The position numbers were made by a program, and so were the translations under genes. DNA of 64,000 nt. Origin: a bacterium. Lineage in GTDB: Bacteria > Zhuqueibacterota > Zhuqueibacteria > Residuimicrobiales > Krinioviventaceae. The DNA lies in the NCBI GenBank assembly GCA_963674595.2, contig CAXXFV010000026.1, forward strand, positions 64,001-128,000, written 5' to 3'. Position 1 is the first letter of the stretch. Each line of letters begins with the position of its first letter. Positions 9,844 through 20,205 of this stretch are shown piece after piece. The notes below the pieces were generated by a model. The model was given only the letters and a program-made list of their open reading frames with translations. It had not been told where the DNA came from and did no database searches.

Positions 9844-9985
9844 TTCATACAATTTTTTCCTCTGGCGGGTATTAGAGTTCAAGTCTGCAAAACTTGAGAG
9901 TTAACTAACTCGTCCTAAAAACAGGCCTTTATGGATGTTAAAATAATAATACGAACTTATAACTATCGGTGCAAGGAGTTTTTGA
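9844..9985 (-). promoter_or_regulatory. Repeated promoter module, degenerate copy F
   Basis: TTGCAC (9974-9969)-N17-TATTAT (9951-9946). Retains the GTCCTAAAAACAGGCCTTTAT and ACAATTTTTTCCTC blocks. Confidence 0.55.
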
Positions 9986-10228
9986 AAATTTTTAAGGATG
10001 TTGGCTGATTTTAGTTCTTTTTACAAAAAACGTTTGCAAATATAAAAAATAGTTCTAGTTTTTATATAACATGCTGCTGCTTAATTTGTGGAACAGAGCA
10101 GCACAACACCCGGGGTGAATGCCTTTTTTATTTATGTTTTGATTTTTCTCCCGGGGCGAGCAGGAATAAATGATAATAATAACAGCAGTATAGCATAATT
10201 CTTCTTGAATGGAAAGGGAAAAGGAAAC

Positions 10229-10771
10229 ATGAAGAAAATAGCAATGACTCTTGTAATTGGATTTTTAATCAGCAATGTTACTTTAGTTCAGGCAAAAACA
10301 AGTTTTGGTATTAATGGCGGGCTATCGTTTCCGGCCGGTGAAATGAATGAAATTGCCAATGGGGGACTTGGATTTGGGACCGTTTTTATAATCCCTACAT
10401 CGATTCCAATTACCGGATTAACTTTCGGTGCTAACTTTTTTTATCTTTCCGGTAAAACAATATCAAGATATAGCCCTTATAGTGATTATTATTCGTCATA
10501 TGAATATGAACCAGTCAAGGTGTTTTCAGTATTTGTTGGCCCACAATTTGGTAAAGAAAAGGGCCCCTATTTTGTACCAGCAATAAATGGAAACATTTAT
10601 GATGGGAGATTTCGTTCCGGTTTTGATGTCGGTTTGGGATTTATAAAACCGCTGGCTTCCGGGCGTACAAAATTGAATCTTTGTTTTAAAACAAGTCTTT
10701 TAAACTTGAGTAAAAATGATCATGAGATTAGAGCATATTTAGTTAGAATATTGGCAGGGTTAAATTTTTAG
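10229..10771 (+). CDS. Outer-membrane beta-barrel protein
   Basis: Signal peptide ending VQA, FGINGGLSFP first strand, C-terminal LAGLNF. Confidence 0.75.
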   Translation: MKKIAMTLVIGFLISNVTLVQAKTSFGINGGLSFPAGEMNEIANGGLGFGTVFIIPTSIPITGLTFGANFFYLSGKTISRYSPYSDYYSSYEYEPVKVFSVFVGPQFGKEKGPYFVPAINGNIYDGRFRSGFDVGLGFIKPLASGRTKLNLCFKTSLLNLSKNDHEIRAYLVRILAGLNF

Positions 10772-10879
10772 TTCAATCAGAAATTATCTTTTGAAACAGT
10801 TATAGGATTAATCATATAATGGTGCGGTAGAACCACATCCTACGCACTGCGTTATAATGACAAGAATAAAAGGTGCATT

Positions 10880-11299
10880 ATGCGGGCATTTCTAATTTTA
10901 TTTTTTTTGTTTCTAACAAGCGGTTGTACCGTACTTCACAGGTCTGTAACAATAGATGAAAGTAGTACATTTAATGATAGTTTTGGATATAATCATAACA
11001 ATGCATTATATGGTATTAATTTTAGTGCTGTTAAGGATACATCATATATAAAGCGCCCCAGAATAAAAGGCCGTAAATTTAATCCAAATCGGTTGTCAAT
11101 TTATTTGGGTCAGGATAAAACAGAGTTGGAGAGCTTTGCTATAAAACCGAAAAAGATTAAAAAAAAGAAAAAAGACGGCATTGAATACGAAATATTCAAG
11201 TATGTAGCTTATAAAAGCCTGGTTCAGCATATGGATGTATATATTAAAGATGGTAAGGTTTTCAAAATGAAGGGACTTGTTATTAGAGACATGCCATAG
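10880..11299 (+). CDS. Hypothetical lipoprotein
   Basis: Lipobox TSGC. Flanked by family I REPs at 10818 and 11349. Confidence 0.75.
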   Translation: MRAFLILFFLFLTSGCTVLHRSVTIDESSTFNDSFGYNHNNALYGINFSAVKDTSYIKRPRIKGRKFNPNRLSIYLGQDKTELESFAIKPKKIKKKKKDGIEYEIFKYVAYKSLVQHMDVYIKDGKVFKMKGLVIRDMP

Positions 11300-11431
11300 A
11301 ATAGACAGTTATAATAACAGTTAACTGTTGTTTTCTTGATCACTTTGCAATGGTGTGGTAGAACCACTCCTTACAACTTTGTTTGAGGATTTGTCCGGAA
11401 ATTTACGAATGTTAATATATGAGGTTCGACA

Positions 11432-12181
11432 ATGAAATATCTAAAATATTTCTTGATGTTTTTGCCGGTTTTGTGTTTTTGTAGTCATGATCAGGCTATT
11501 GACTATAACAAAATTCAGGGATTTTACGAATACCTGGTTTTTGACCATAATACCGGGTCTGTGGTTGATACTTTGTATGCAACGGCAAGGGTTTTTCAGT
11601 GGAGGGGAAGAGACACCATTAGATTTGATCATAATATCACCGGACATTTTTTCGGTACAGAAAACAAGTTTTTAGGTTTGTGGAGTGTTGATGAAGTAGA
11701 TAACAAGTATATCGCTCGTTATTATACGTTCTATTCTACTGATGTTAAGGCCGGTGATAACTGGAGTCTTAATGAAGAGCTGGACATTGGAAGGGGAACT
11801 TTTATAGAAGAATACTCTTGTTTATCCACGGACACAACGATTTCGGTTAATTCAGATATTGTTTTTAAAGATATTGTTTTTATTATCAAAAGAGACTGGG
11901 TAGATGTTGGCGGATTTTGGGACACAACTTTTTACGGTTATGATAAAAACCACAGGCTGGTCTATTTAAACCAGATGTTAATAAATCCGCGAGATAATTA
12001 TATACATAATAAATCAAATTATCTTGCATTAAACAGTTTTATCCAAAAAGAAAAGTGGTCCTCGTCTGATTCAAGTAAATGGGTAGATAGGAATTCCATT
12101 GAATCCAAAAGATTGTTTTATAATAATTCCGATTATCTCAAGGACATTCCGCCGCCACCGCCGCCGCCTGAAGAGTTGTAA
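11432..12181 (+). CDS. Hypothetical exported protein/lipoprotein with a poly-Pro tail
   Basis: MKYLKYFLMFLPVLCFC signal and C-terminal PPPPPPPEEL. Confidence 0.75.
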   Translation: MKYLKYFLMFLPVLCFCSHDQAIDYNKIQGFYEYLVFDHNTGSVVDTLYATARVFQWRGRDTIRFDHNITGHFFGTENKFLGLWSVDEVDNKYIARYYTFYSTDVKAGDNWSLNEELDIGRGTFIEEYSCLSTDTTISVNSDIVFKDIVFIIKRDWVDVGGFWDTTFYGYDKNHRLVYLNQMLINPRDNYIHNKSNYLALNSFIQKEKWSSSDSSKWVDRNSIESKRLFYNNSDYLKDIPPPPPPPEEL

Positions 12182-12224
12182 GAGTTGTTGTAAAAGTCCC
12201 AACCGCTGGAATAGGAAAATCAGT

Positions 12225-12656
12225 ATGATTTTAAATAATAAATTGAATATAAAAATAGTTCTTTTATTTTTTCTGGTCCAATTTTTAACACTGTTTTTTA
12301 TGAGTTTGTTAAATTTTTCAGAGTTTATTTTTGCTTTCATCTGCTCACTACTTTTAACAAGCTTGTTGGAAATTTATACCAGTTTCAAATACACAAATAG
12401 TAATTATTCAAAAGAACTGCTACGTTATTTTGTCCACTATCTGTGTTCCATTGCAGGTATTTTTATTGCAAATATAGCGTTTAATTTTTATTGGGCTTTG
12501 TTCAATGTTGATAGCAGTTTGTATTATATTTCAATATCAAAAAGTCTGTCTGTTTATGTTTTAACATTTCCTGTAATAACTTTTATTATGCTGTTAATGT
12601 TTATTTGTGGTATTTTTTTAAAAATAAAAGTTGATGAAAAAAGTTCCAGTCATTAA
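12225..12656 (+). CDS. Hypothetical 4-TM membrane protein
   Basis: Start moved to MILNNK after AGGA. Four hydrophobic segments. Confidence 0.65.
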   Translation: MILNNKLNIKIVLLFFLVQFLTLFFMSLLNFSEFIFAFICSLLLTSLLEIYTSFKYTNSNYSKELLRYFVHYLCSIAGIFIANIAFNFYWALFNVDSSLYYISISKSLSVYVLTFPVITFIMLLMFICGIFLKIKVDEKSSSH

Positions 12657-12747
12657 AATGTATTGGATCCATGGAAATTATTTTCAGGATATTTTATCTC
12701 ATTAATTTTGTTAGGACTTGTTTTTATCAAAATGTCGGGTTATTAAA

Positions 12748-13338
12748 ATGAAACTGAAAAAAATAGTTTTAATTGTGTTGGTTGTTTTATCTGCTTCTTA
12801 CCTGATTATTTTAAGTAAAAATATCTATTTATATAGCATCTACAGGCATGGCGGCAGTAAATCTATTATATATAAGACAGTGGGTGAAATTGGTGAACTG
12901 GCAGGGACCTGGCAAGGTGTTACGGATATATGGCAGGAAGGTTATGATTGGAGACAGTTTGTTAAATATGAATTCAATGCCGACAGTGCAGGACTGGTGA
13001 CAATACGTAATTTTAATTATAAAATTAACGGAGAATACACTCGGGTTTATTCATGGCGGTCTTTGTTGCCTTTTGATAAAAACAAATATTCGGAACATAA
13101 ATATAAGGTGATCGTTGATCCAATCTATATAAAAGAAATTAAAACAGACAGTGATGGTAAAATCTATACATCATATTACAAATATAAAATAAACGCCGAT
13201 TCTCTTTTTATTTCCTATGAATATAGCATCCGTCCCTATTCGGAAGAGCCTGTTTGGCGCCATGAACATTTAAAAGTTATAAAGTTTTCAGACCTGTTTA
13301 AATATTGGTTTTTTAAAAATTCAATCTTTCACTGGTAA
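12748..13338 (+). CDS. Hypothetical membrane-anchored protein (lipocalin-like LAGTW motif)
   Basis: MKLKKIVLIVLVVL anchor and ELAGTWQG. Confidence 0.7.
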   Translation: MKLKKIVLIVLVVLSASYLIILSKNIYLYSIYRHGGSKSIIYKTVGEIGELAGTWQGVTDIWQEGYDWRQFVKYEFNADSAGLVTIRNFNYKINGEYTRVYSWRSLLPFDKNKYSEHKYKVIVDPIYIKEIKTDSDGKIYTSYYKYKINADSLFISYEYSIRPYSEEPVWRHEHLKVIKFSDLFKYWFFKNSIFHW

Positions 13339-13392
13339 TTGTTAAATTGAATTCTATGGCAGATGCAGATTTATTACAGTTTATATCTGATT

Positions 13393-13526
13393 TGATCGTA
13401 CAAGGGTTCAACCCTTATTTGAGGGCTTGGCCCTCCTGTGATAAATATCTTTCTCAGTTAATTAAATATTTCGGGGTAGATACCCCGTCCTATTGTGCCC
13501 CGGGAAAGATTCCCGTGGCGAGCAGT
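13393..13526. repeat. Composite REP: family II (TGATCG-hairpin-GAGGGCTTGGCCCTC) plus family III (GGGGTAGATACCCC / CCCCGGG hairpin)
   Basis: Matches 36908-36961 and 3085-3144. Confidence 0.8.
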
Positions 13527-13550
13527 CTTTCTTAAGTATCAGGTTATGTT

Positions 13551-13919
13551 ATGGTAAATTTACGAATATTACGAGTTGTCCTTTTGTTTATTATTTTGAG
13601 CTGCTGCTGTTCATGTGATTATTCATATAGTTTAAAAATAGATGGATCTGCTGATCTTTATGTCGATGTAATAGAAAAGCCATTTTCTGGTTCTACTGAG
13701 TTTAATTATAAAGTACACATTCCATATTCAGATGATATATCCCAATATGCAGGGGAAAGATATAGAATAACAGTCAAAAAGACAACCCGAGAAGGTGAAT
13801 TGATTTTACGAATTGTTGAAGAAAAGAGCTCATTTTTTATTTTTAACAGTAATGGAGAGATATTTCGGTGTGAAACCACCGACTCTTGTGGTGTATGTAA
13901 GTATGACGGGTACTTTTAA
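13551..13919 (+). CDS. Hypothetical lipoprotein
   Basis: Hydrophobic signal ending SCCCSC. REP-flanked on both sides. Confidence 0.7.
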   Translation: MVNLRILRVVLLFIILSCCCSCDYSYSLKIDGSADLYVDVIEKPFSGSTEFNYKVHIPYSDDISQYAGERYRITVKKTTREGELILRIVEEKSSFFIFNSNGEIFRCETTDSCGVCKYDGYF

Positions 13920-13922
13920 TTT

Positions 13923-14047
13923 TGATCGTACAAAGGTACGGTTTATGATGAGGGCTTGGCCCTCCTGTTTTTAAGCTTTCAAGTTGTAATGTGAAAGGCA
14001 AAGTCTTTATTTTTAAGCGCGCAGAGGTAGGAAATTCTGTACAATCA
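13923..14047. repeat. REPIN, family II (TGAT...ATCA)
   Basis: Homologous to 36908-37034 and 35347-35444. Confidence 0.75.
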
Positions 14048-14094
14048 GTAGGTTACAAATTCCTGGATGATCACGATTTTAATAAAGGAAAAAT

Positions 14095-14829
14095 ATGAAA
14101 TCACTTATTCCATTTTTAATCGTATTTTTTATAAATTGTAGTGGTTATGTTACATCTCGTTTGTTTAAAACATCTCCTGAATTTAAATTTTCATTTAACA
14201 ATTGGGAAATTGATAAGATTAGTTTAGGGGCAAGTGATGCACTGAAGGAAATCGATTATTATTATAAAACTCATTTTTTTTGTGATTTTAAGCAAATTGA
14301 CAAAAAAAATAAAATTTTTCCATTCTTTAATAATGATTTGGTTGTTGATTCCATTTTCATTAAGGCTGAAGGCAATTTTCACAAAAGTGCACAGTTACAA
14401 AATGATTATGGAAGTATAAATAATATGTTTAATCTCGATAGTAGTATTTCCTTTGTTCAAATCCAAAAGTGTATCAGAGATAACAGTTATAAAATCACTC
14501 CCTATTCCAAATCTAAAGGTTCAATCGAACCATTTCTAATAACTCTTCCTTTGTTTAAGGAAAAAGGATGTGATTTTAATAAAGGTTTTTCTGATACAGT
14601 AAAAATTAATAATGCTAATGAATTGGAGCAATATGTCAGCTCATCCACAATTAAAGCTGGCAAAATTATGATTTTTAAGGATATATATATTCCACCTCAT
14701 ATAAAAACTTTAACGATATGTTTTCACGCGAAGATAATTAATAATTTTACTTTTGAAATTTTAGAAACAAAATATTTCGAGCATACACTATATAGAAAAG
14801 ATAAAAAAACATGGACTTTGGGTTATTAA
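14095..14829 (+). CDS. Hypothetical lipoprotein
   Basis: Lipobox FINC, AAAGGA RBS, AT-rich. Confidence 0.75.
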   Translation: MKSLIPFLIVFFINCSGYVTSRLFKTSPEFKFSFNNWEIDKISLGASDALKEIDYYYKTHFFCDFKQIDKKNKIFPFFNNDLVVDSIFIKAEGNFHKSAQLQNDYGSINNMFNLDSSISFVQIQKCIRDNSYKITPYSKSKGSIEPFLITLPLFKEKGCDFNKGFSDTVKINNANELEQYVSSSTIKAGKIMIFKDIYIPPHIKTLTICFHAKIINNFTFEILETKYFEHTLYRKDKKTWTLGY

Positions 14830-14883
14830 AAAGATAATAAACCATAATTCAAGTGTATCGTTTTACGGCTTTTTAATTATAAT

Positions 14884-15576
14884 TTATAACAACCTCACTC
14901 TTGTTAACAGTGAAAAACGTAAAATTTTAAAAGCGTTTGGGAACATTAAATAATCTCCTTCAATCGGAGTGCGTTCTTTGGCAGGAGAAAAAATGCTGTA
15001 TTCGCCCAGCACTATTAAAGAAACTCTTTGCCATACCGGTACTTTTAAAGATGCTCCCAAAACCAGGGAACTGTTCCAGTTTTCCATATAACGGTCCAGG
15101 TTTGTCCTGGTTTCGCTGATTTCAAAGGACGGGTATTCTGTTACATACTCTGTTTCCGGTGACTCTAGTTTGGATACATCTAAACCAAACAGGACTGTTT
15201 TTAAATATGGATTGTCGGATAATTTATAATTGAAAAGGACTTTGTAAGAGGTGCAGTCAAATTCGGTGTTTATATCATACCCAATGGGATTAACCATTTT
15301 GTCTTTTGACCGCAGAAGGCGAAACCCGCAGTGTGTAAAACCAGGCTCGAAACTGATGGACATTTTTTCCGTCAATACAATATCCAGATAACAGCCAACC
15401 AGGGGATAATATTTTGCCCTGACCTCATCGGGATTAAGGTATTCTCTTTCGACATTAACGGCAGTGGTCCTTGTAAAACCCCCTGTCAAACCAATGGATA
15501 TTCTTTTTACATTTTGACAGAACGCATTTGAATTGAGGCTGACAAGAACAGCCGTTATTAAAATTCTATATCGCAT
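14884..15576 (-). CDS. Outer-membrane beta-barrel (porin-family-like), paralog 1
   Basis: Signal peptide, IGLTGG, amphipathic strands. Paralog of 15607..16299. Confidence 0.75.
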   Translation of the reverse strand: MRYRILITAVLVSLNSNAFCQNVKRISIGLTGGFTRTTAVNVEREYLNPDEVRAKYYPLVGCYLDIVLTEKMSISFEPGFTHCGFRLLRSKDKMVNPIGYDINTEFDCTSYKVLFNYKLSDNPYLKTVLFGLDVSKLESPETEYVTEYPSFEISETRTNLDRYMENWNSSLVLGASLKVPVWQRVSLIVLGEYSIFSPAKERTPIEGDYLMFPNAFKILRFSLLTRVRLL

Positions 15577-15606
15577 ATCCTCTCCGTTGGTTGTTGGCTT
15601 TTGTCC

Positions 15607-16299
15607 TTAATACAGGTTTATTTTTGTCAAAAGTGAAATACGTGAAAATTTATAAGCGTTTGGGAATATTAAATAATCTCCTTCAGCCGGTTCTTGTTTT
15701 TTAACCGGAGAAGATAGACTGTGCTCGCCCAATAATACAAAGGAGACGTTATCCCATCCCGGAATTTTGAAGGATAGTCCGTAAACCAGGGAACTGTGCC
15801 AATTTTTCATATATCGGTCCAGGTTAGTAGCGGTTTCACTGATTTCGAATGACGTAAATTGTGTGGTATATTTGATCTTCGGCAATATAAGACAGGAATA
15901 ATCGATCCCAAACAGCACTGCCGGCTGAAACAGTTTTTTAAACAAAACATATTCTAATACAGCCCTGGAAGAGAAATAATAAAATCGGGCGTTTATATCA
16001 TAACCAATGGGATTAAATTTATCCTCTCGTGACCGGATGATGTGAAAACCATAGCCGGATAAAGATTGATCCAGGTTGATTGATAGATTTTGTATCAGGT
16101 TATAATCAAAATAATAACCGATTGAAGGTAAATATTTGTCTTTTATCTCATCAGAGGCAAAATAATTTTCCTTGATGTCATAAATAGATGTTTTGGAAAT
16201 TCCCCCTGTCAAACCAATGGATGATTTTTTTACGTTTTGACAAAAGGCACTTGAATTGATACTGACAAGAACAGCCGTTATTAAAATCGCATATCGCAT
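15607..16299 (-). CDS. Outer-membrane beta-barrel (porin-family-like), paralog 2
   Basis: Start moved to MRYAILIT after GGAG. Shares NPIGYDIN, SFEISET, NLDRYM and EGDYL with paralog 1. Confidence 0.75.
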   Translation of the reverse strand: MRYAILITAVLVSINSSAFCQNVKKSSIGLTGGISKTSIYDIKENYFASDEIKDKYLPSIGYYFDYNLIQNLSINLDQSLSGYGFHIIRSREDKFNPIGYDINARFYYFSSRAVLEYVLFKKLFQPAVLFGIDYSCLILPKIKYTTQFTSFEISETATNLDRYMKNWHSSLVYGLSFKIPGWDNVSFVLLGEHSLSSPVKKQEPAEGDYLIFPNAYKFSRISLLTKINLY

Positions 16300-16478
16300 A
16301 TCCACTCCACTGGTTTTAATTTTTGGTGTTAAAAAATGGTCCCGCAGCCATAAAAACCCCGATTTAATCATACCTTACGGTTAAAAAAGTAATCTATCAA
16401 AAACCGTGCATTCTGCACATTCGGCAGTTCTGCGTTTAAAAACGATGGTGTTGTAAAACCACACCCTGTCTGCCGCCG

Positions 16479-17180
16479 TTATCTATTCCACTTTTTATTA
16501 TAACACTTTTGCACCAGTGCCCTGCTGTTTGACGTTCCATGAGAGGGGAGAAACTCGTTACAGCCTGTTTGTAAAAGTTTTCCCCAGCTTTTCAGCATCA
16601 CATGTTCATCCTGCGCGTATGGAGGAAAAGCAGACCCTTTGAATATGCCGAACATGGTGTCGCCGACAATGGCGATTTCATCATCAATGATCAAACTCAT
16701 AGAGCCGATTGTATGTCCGGGAGTATGCATCAAATACGCATTAAATCCCAGGTCCTTAAAATTATAATCGGACTCGACAACAAAATCCGGTTGACAGGGT
16801 TTATATGTTAATTTTGCAATATAACGTTTGCCGATACTATTAACAATACGCCGCGTAATAGGATTTGTTCCCCGTGGCAAAATATTATCCCCGTTCAGCA
16901 AATTGTTTTCTTCCTCTTTATGAATAAATACGTTGGAGTTGTACGTTTCCCTGATTTTACAGGCATTGCCGGCATGGTCAAAATGCGCGTGGGTCAATAT
17001 CAGGTAATCCACGGATGTTATGTTCAGGCGGTTTAGGTTTTTTACAAGTCTGTTCCATGCGCCGGGCACAGAGGTGTCCACCAGGATATGGGTTGTGCTG
17101 TTGGTCAGCAGAAACACATTGCTTCTGCCGGACAAAATCCGGTAAATTGTATAACCGCTTTTTGTGGTCCATTTTTTCAT
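16479..17180 (-). CDS. MBL-fold metallo-hydrolase
   Basis: THAHFDHAG, TPGHT, GD, PSHG. Confidence 0.92.
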   Translation of the reverse strand: MKKWTTKSGYTIYRILSGRSNVFLLTNSTTHILVDTSVPGAWNRLVKNLNRLNITSVDYLILTHAHFDHAGNACKIRETYNSNVFIHKEEENNLLNGDNILPRGTNPITRRIVNSIGKRYIAKLTYKPCQPDFVVESDYNFKDLGFNAYLMHTPGHTIGSMSLIIDDEIAIVGDTMFGIFKGSAFPPYAQDEHVMLKSWGKLLQTGCNEFLPSHGTSNSRALVQKCYNKKWNR

Positions 17181-17288
17181 GGTTGTTCCTGATTGGTTGG
17201 TAAATTTATTTATGCCGGACCTGCAAAAACACAGAGGAGACGATCCTCTACGTTCTGCGACAGATAAAAGAAAAACGTATTGACGAGT

Positions 17289-18062
17289 TTATGAAATCCA
17301 CATTGGCCCACAAGGTTCCAGCCTCCATTTATTGTTTTCTTTTATACATTTGTAATAACCGCCAAAAGCCGCAAGCGGACCGGAATATAATTTATATCCA
17401 AAAATAATGTCATTATCCACCCGTTTAATGGGTGTAAACGTTAAAATACCTCTGTAATTGCCGATCACCATATAGTGAGAATCGATGACATCTGTGTTGT
17501 TGGAATAAAATTCATTTTCAATGCCGTTAGCACGCCAATCGTTTTGGAACAGGGATAATAATGAATCACTCATTGGCCGGATCGTTGGGGCACGATAATA
17601 GCACACTGAATGGTTACTATACAAGCTGTCGACAAGTATGCAGGGTGTGCACATATCAACAACGATTTTGTATATTTCATATTTCGTTTGGTCCGGCAGT
17701 GAATGATGGTAATCCAGACTCGCATATACAAACTTTATATCAAACGGTTTTTTATACAGTATTTCCTGATTTAAAATTTGGGGATGTTCGATGATTATAA
17801 TAAGCAAATATAAAAATAGAGAAATGGGAAGCACCGTTTTGACCAAAGAATATCTTTTTGTTTTTATGAAAAAAAATGTTAAAAGTTGAATAATGATAAA
17901 AATTATTATACCGGGTAAATTCACGTTCTTTAAGTAAAATTCTATTAATCCAAACATTTGGTGAGGGATAATTAATTTAAACAGTCCGGGAATGATAATA
18001 ACCAGATTGCAGATTATAATTAGCAGAGTAAGTGCCGAATATTTTAGTATGGATTTTATCAT
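17289..18062 (-). CDS. Hypothetical membrane protein
   Basis: Three N-terminal TM segments and a soluble C-terminus. Confidence 0.7.
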   Translation of the reverse strand: MIKSILKYSALTLLIIICNLVIIIPGLFKLIIPHQMFGLIEFYLKNVNLPGIIIFIIIQLLTFFFIKTKRYSLVKTVLPISLFLYLLIIIIEHPQILNQEILYKKPFDIKFVYASLDYHHSLPDQTKYEIYKIVVDMCTPCILVDSLYSNHSVCYYRAPTIRPMSDSLLSLFQNDWRANGIENEFYSNNTDVIDSHYMVIGNYRGILTFTPIKRVDNDIIFGYKLYSGPLAAFGGYYKCIKENNKWRLEPCGPMWIS

Positions 18063-18171
18063 GTTTGTTTAAGTCTACTTTTATAATATAAGAACGATGT
18101 TGCAGGTGGCCGTTTTATAAGCGACGTTTAATTATTATTTTTTAATTCAAAATATATGTACCGCAAAAATT

Positions 18172-18720
18172 TCACCAATTATAATTTAAACTGACTCCTG
18201 TACTATTCTTATTTCCAACAGGAGTAACTGAAAAATGTTTGTATGGCGAGGTAAAATAAGAGCTGCTTAAAATGCCGATTAATGCTCCGGCTGTAACGTC
18301 ATAAAAATCATGCTTGTCTGATTCTCCTTCAACCCGGCTCCAACCTACAAAACCGGCTGCTATATATGCCGGAATTCCAAATTTATTCCCATATCTTTTG
18401 TGTATAAATCGGGCCCCTTGAAATGCAGCGGCTGTATGGCCGGATGGAAAAGAGTAATCGCCGTTATTTTCCTGCCTCGGTTTATTGATGACATATTTTA
18501 ACAGATAGGTTACGCTGAAATTGGTCAAAAACGATTTGATAAATTGATTTCTGCCTTTGCCGTCATTTATTATGATTGTTGTTGAAAAAGCACAGGCCGG
18601 GATGAGTATCTGTGTTATATCTCCGGTTCTTTCAAAATTGCTTTTCGCTTTCGCCTGGGGTATACTAACAAGCATTGTAAATATTAAACTCAAAAGAATT
18701 AATAAATTAACTATTTTCAT
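18172..18720 (-). CDS. PAP2-family phosphatase (LpxE-like)
   Basis: LKYVINKPR, SFPSGH, SRV...HDFYDV motifs. Confidence 0.88.
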   Translation of the reverse strand: MKIVNLLILLSLIFTMLVSIPQAKAKSNFERTGDITQILIPACAFSTTIIINDGKGRNQFIKSFLTNFSVTYLLKYVINKPRQENNGDYSFPSGHTAAAFQGARFIHKRYGNKFGIPAYIAAGFVGWSRVEGESDKHDFYDVTAGALIGILSSSYFTSPYKHFSVTPVGNKNSTGVSLNYNW

Positions 18721-18786
18721 TACGAACTGTTCCTTATGGTTCTTTTATATAAGAACATAGCCAGGGTGCGACAGGGCCTGCTGTTT

Positions 18787-20118
18787 TTATAAATTTTCCA
18801 ATATATTAAGAAAACCCTGATAATGGATCTTTTGATACTTTATCAGCAATTTCTTGTCGGTTTTGTCATATCGGCACTTTTCAAGGTCATCCTTGTCAAA
18901 GGGGGCTTCCATGTCAAAGGCCGGTATACCCAATTCGCGGAAACACCAATCCGGCAGACTGCCGCTGGTGCACAGCGAAACGATTTTCGCCTGTTCTGAT
19001 GAATCGGAACCGGTGCCCTGCCAGTACAAATCAGCAAATTTGGAACACTGGTTCAGATAATCTTTGTCGTCCATCCCGACTTTGGATATCCCCAGCGTTT
19101 CTCCGGCAATGCTCGCCAGACAGTGAAATGAAAACACAGCCAGCGGATTGTTGCTTTTGATAAATTCCATCACGGCGACTGTCTCCGGCTCACTGCCTGC
19201 ATAGGGCCCGCGATAGGTCTGTGCATCGGGATCAGAGGTTTCGTAACCATAGGTCTGATCTACGTTGACCCAGTTGGCCGGAAAGTTCCGGTTCAGGTCA
19301 ACATCATTGGCGTTTCGCCGCAGATACCAGGGATTCCCATAGGCCAGTTTGTCGCGTCTGTCACAATTGACTGATGGAATGGCGATAATGGATACCTTGT
19401 TCAACAATTCCGCATGATTTTGAAGGAGCTTTTGCAAGAGGGGAAGGATTAATTCGGGTCCGGATTCACCGGCATGGACCGCACCGATAAGGGCAATGGC
19501 CTTTTTCCCGTGACCCGCTTTGAGCGCCATTAACGGTTTGCGGTTCACCGTTTTACCGATTTGTGCCACAACGACCTGGCCGGGGTAGAGGCTCTTTAAA
19601 TTTTCGATTTCCCGGACCACCTTTTCATAAGGCCAGCACACCTGCTGGTCTCTCACGTTGATTGCCAGCGGACCGATGGGCAGACCGTCGCCCGCCGCCA
19701 TCCAATAGGCATAGGTGGAGCCGGTTTCGGCAGTCTCATCCGTAAAGGTGAACTTGGCGTCCACCAGGGGCGTTATTTCCCCCTTAAAAATACAGTCCGC
19801 ATCTTTATAATTCAGACCGGGAAAATATTCATTATAATCCTTGCCGAATACAAAATCAGGACATGCCAGACGATAGATTTTAATCTCTTTAAAAAGGCTG
19901 TCCTGCTCTGCTTTCATATAGCGGATGGCTTTATAGGCTGATACAATAACCTTACCGTCATCAGTGTGAATATTCGCATGACGCAGCGTTACAAGTTTAT
20001 TGTCCTTTGGTGATTGGGCCAGGCACGGATTTGAAACACAGCACAGATATAATAACAATCCCATGGTAAAAAAGGCCGGAAAAAAAGGGCGCAGCAGTGT
20101 TATATTTTTAGAAAACAT
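18787..20118 (-). CDS. M14 zinc carboxypeptidase family protein, exported
   Basis: HAGE, RRNANDVDLNRNF, SEPET, FH. Confidence 0.9.
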   Translation of the reverse strand: MFSKNITLLRPFFPAFFTMGLLLYLCCVSNPCLAQSPKDNKLVTLRHANIHTDDGKVIVSAYKAIRYMKAEQDSLFKEIKIYRLACPDFVFGKDYNEYFPGLNYKDADCIFKGEITPLVDAKFTFTDETAETGSTYAYWMAAGDGLPIGPLAINVRDQQVCWPYEKVVREIENLKSLYPGQVVVAQIGKTVNRKPLMALKAGHGKKAIALIGAVHAGESGPELILPLLQKLLQNHAELLNKVSIIAIPSVNCDRRDKLAYGNPWYLRRNANDVDLNRNFPANWVNVDQTYGYETSDPDAQTYRGPYAGSEPETVAVMEFIKSNNPLAVFSFHCLASIAGETLGISKVGMDDKDYLNQCSKFADLYWQGTGSDSSEQAKIVSLCTSGSLPDWCFRELGIPAFDMEAPFDKDDLEKCRYDKTDKKLLIKYQKIHYQGFLNILENL

Positions 20119-20205
20119 GTCAAACCTTCCTCATTTATTGGTCGTCAGGGTAAAACATGGACCCTTTTACAGGAGCTATAGGAAATCGGTTAAGGAACCA
20201 TCATC

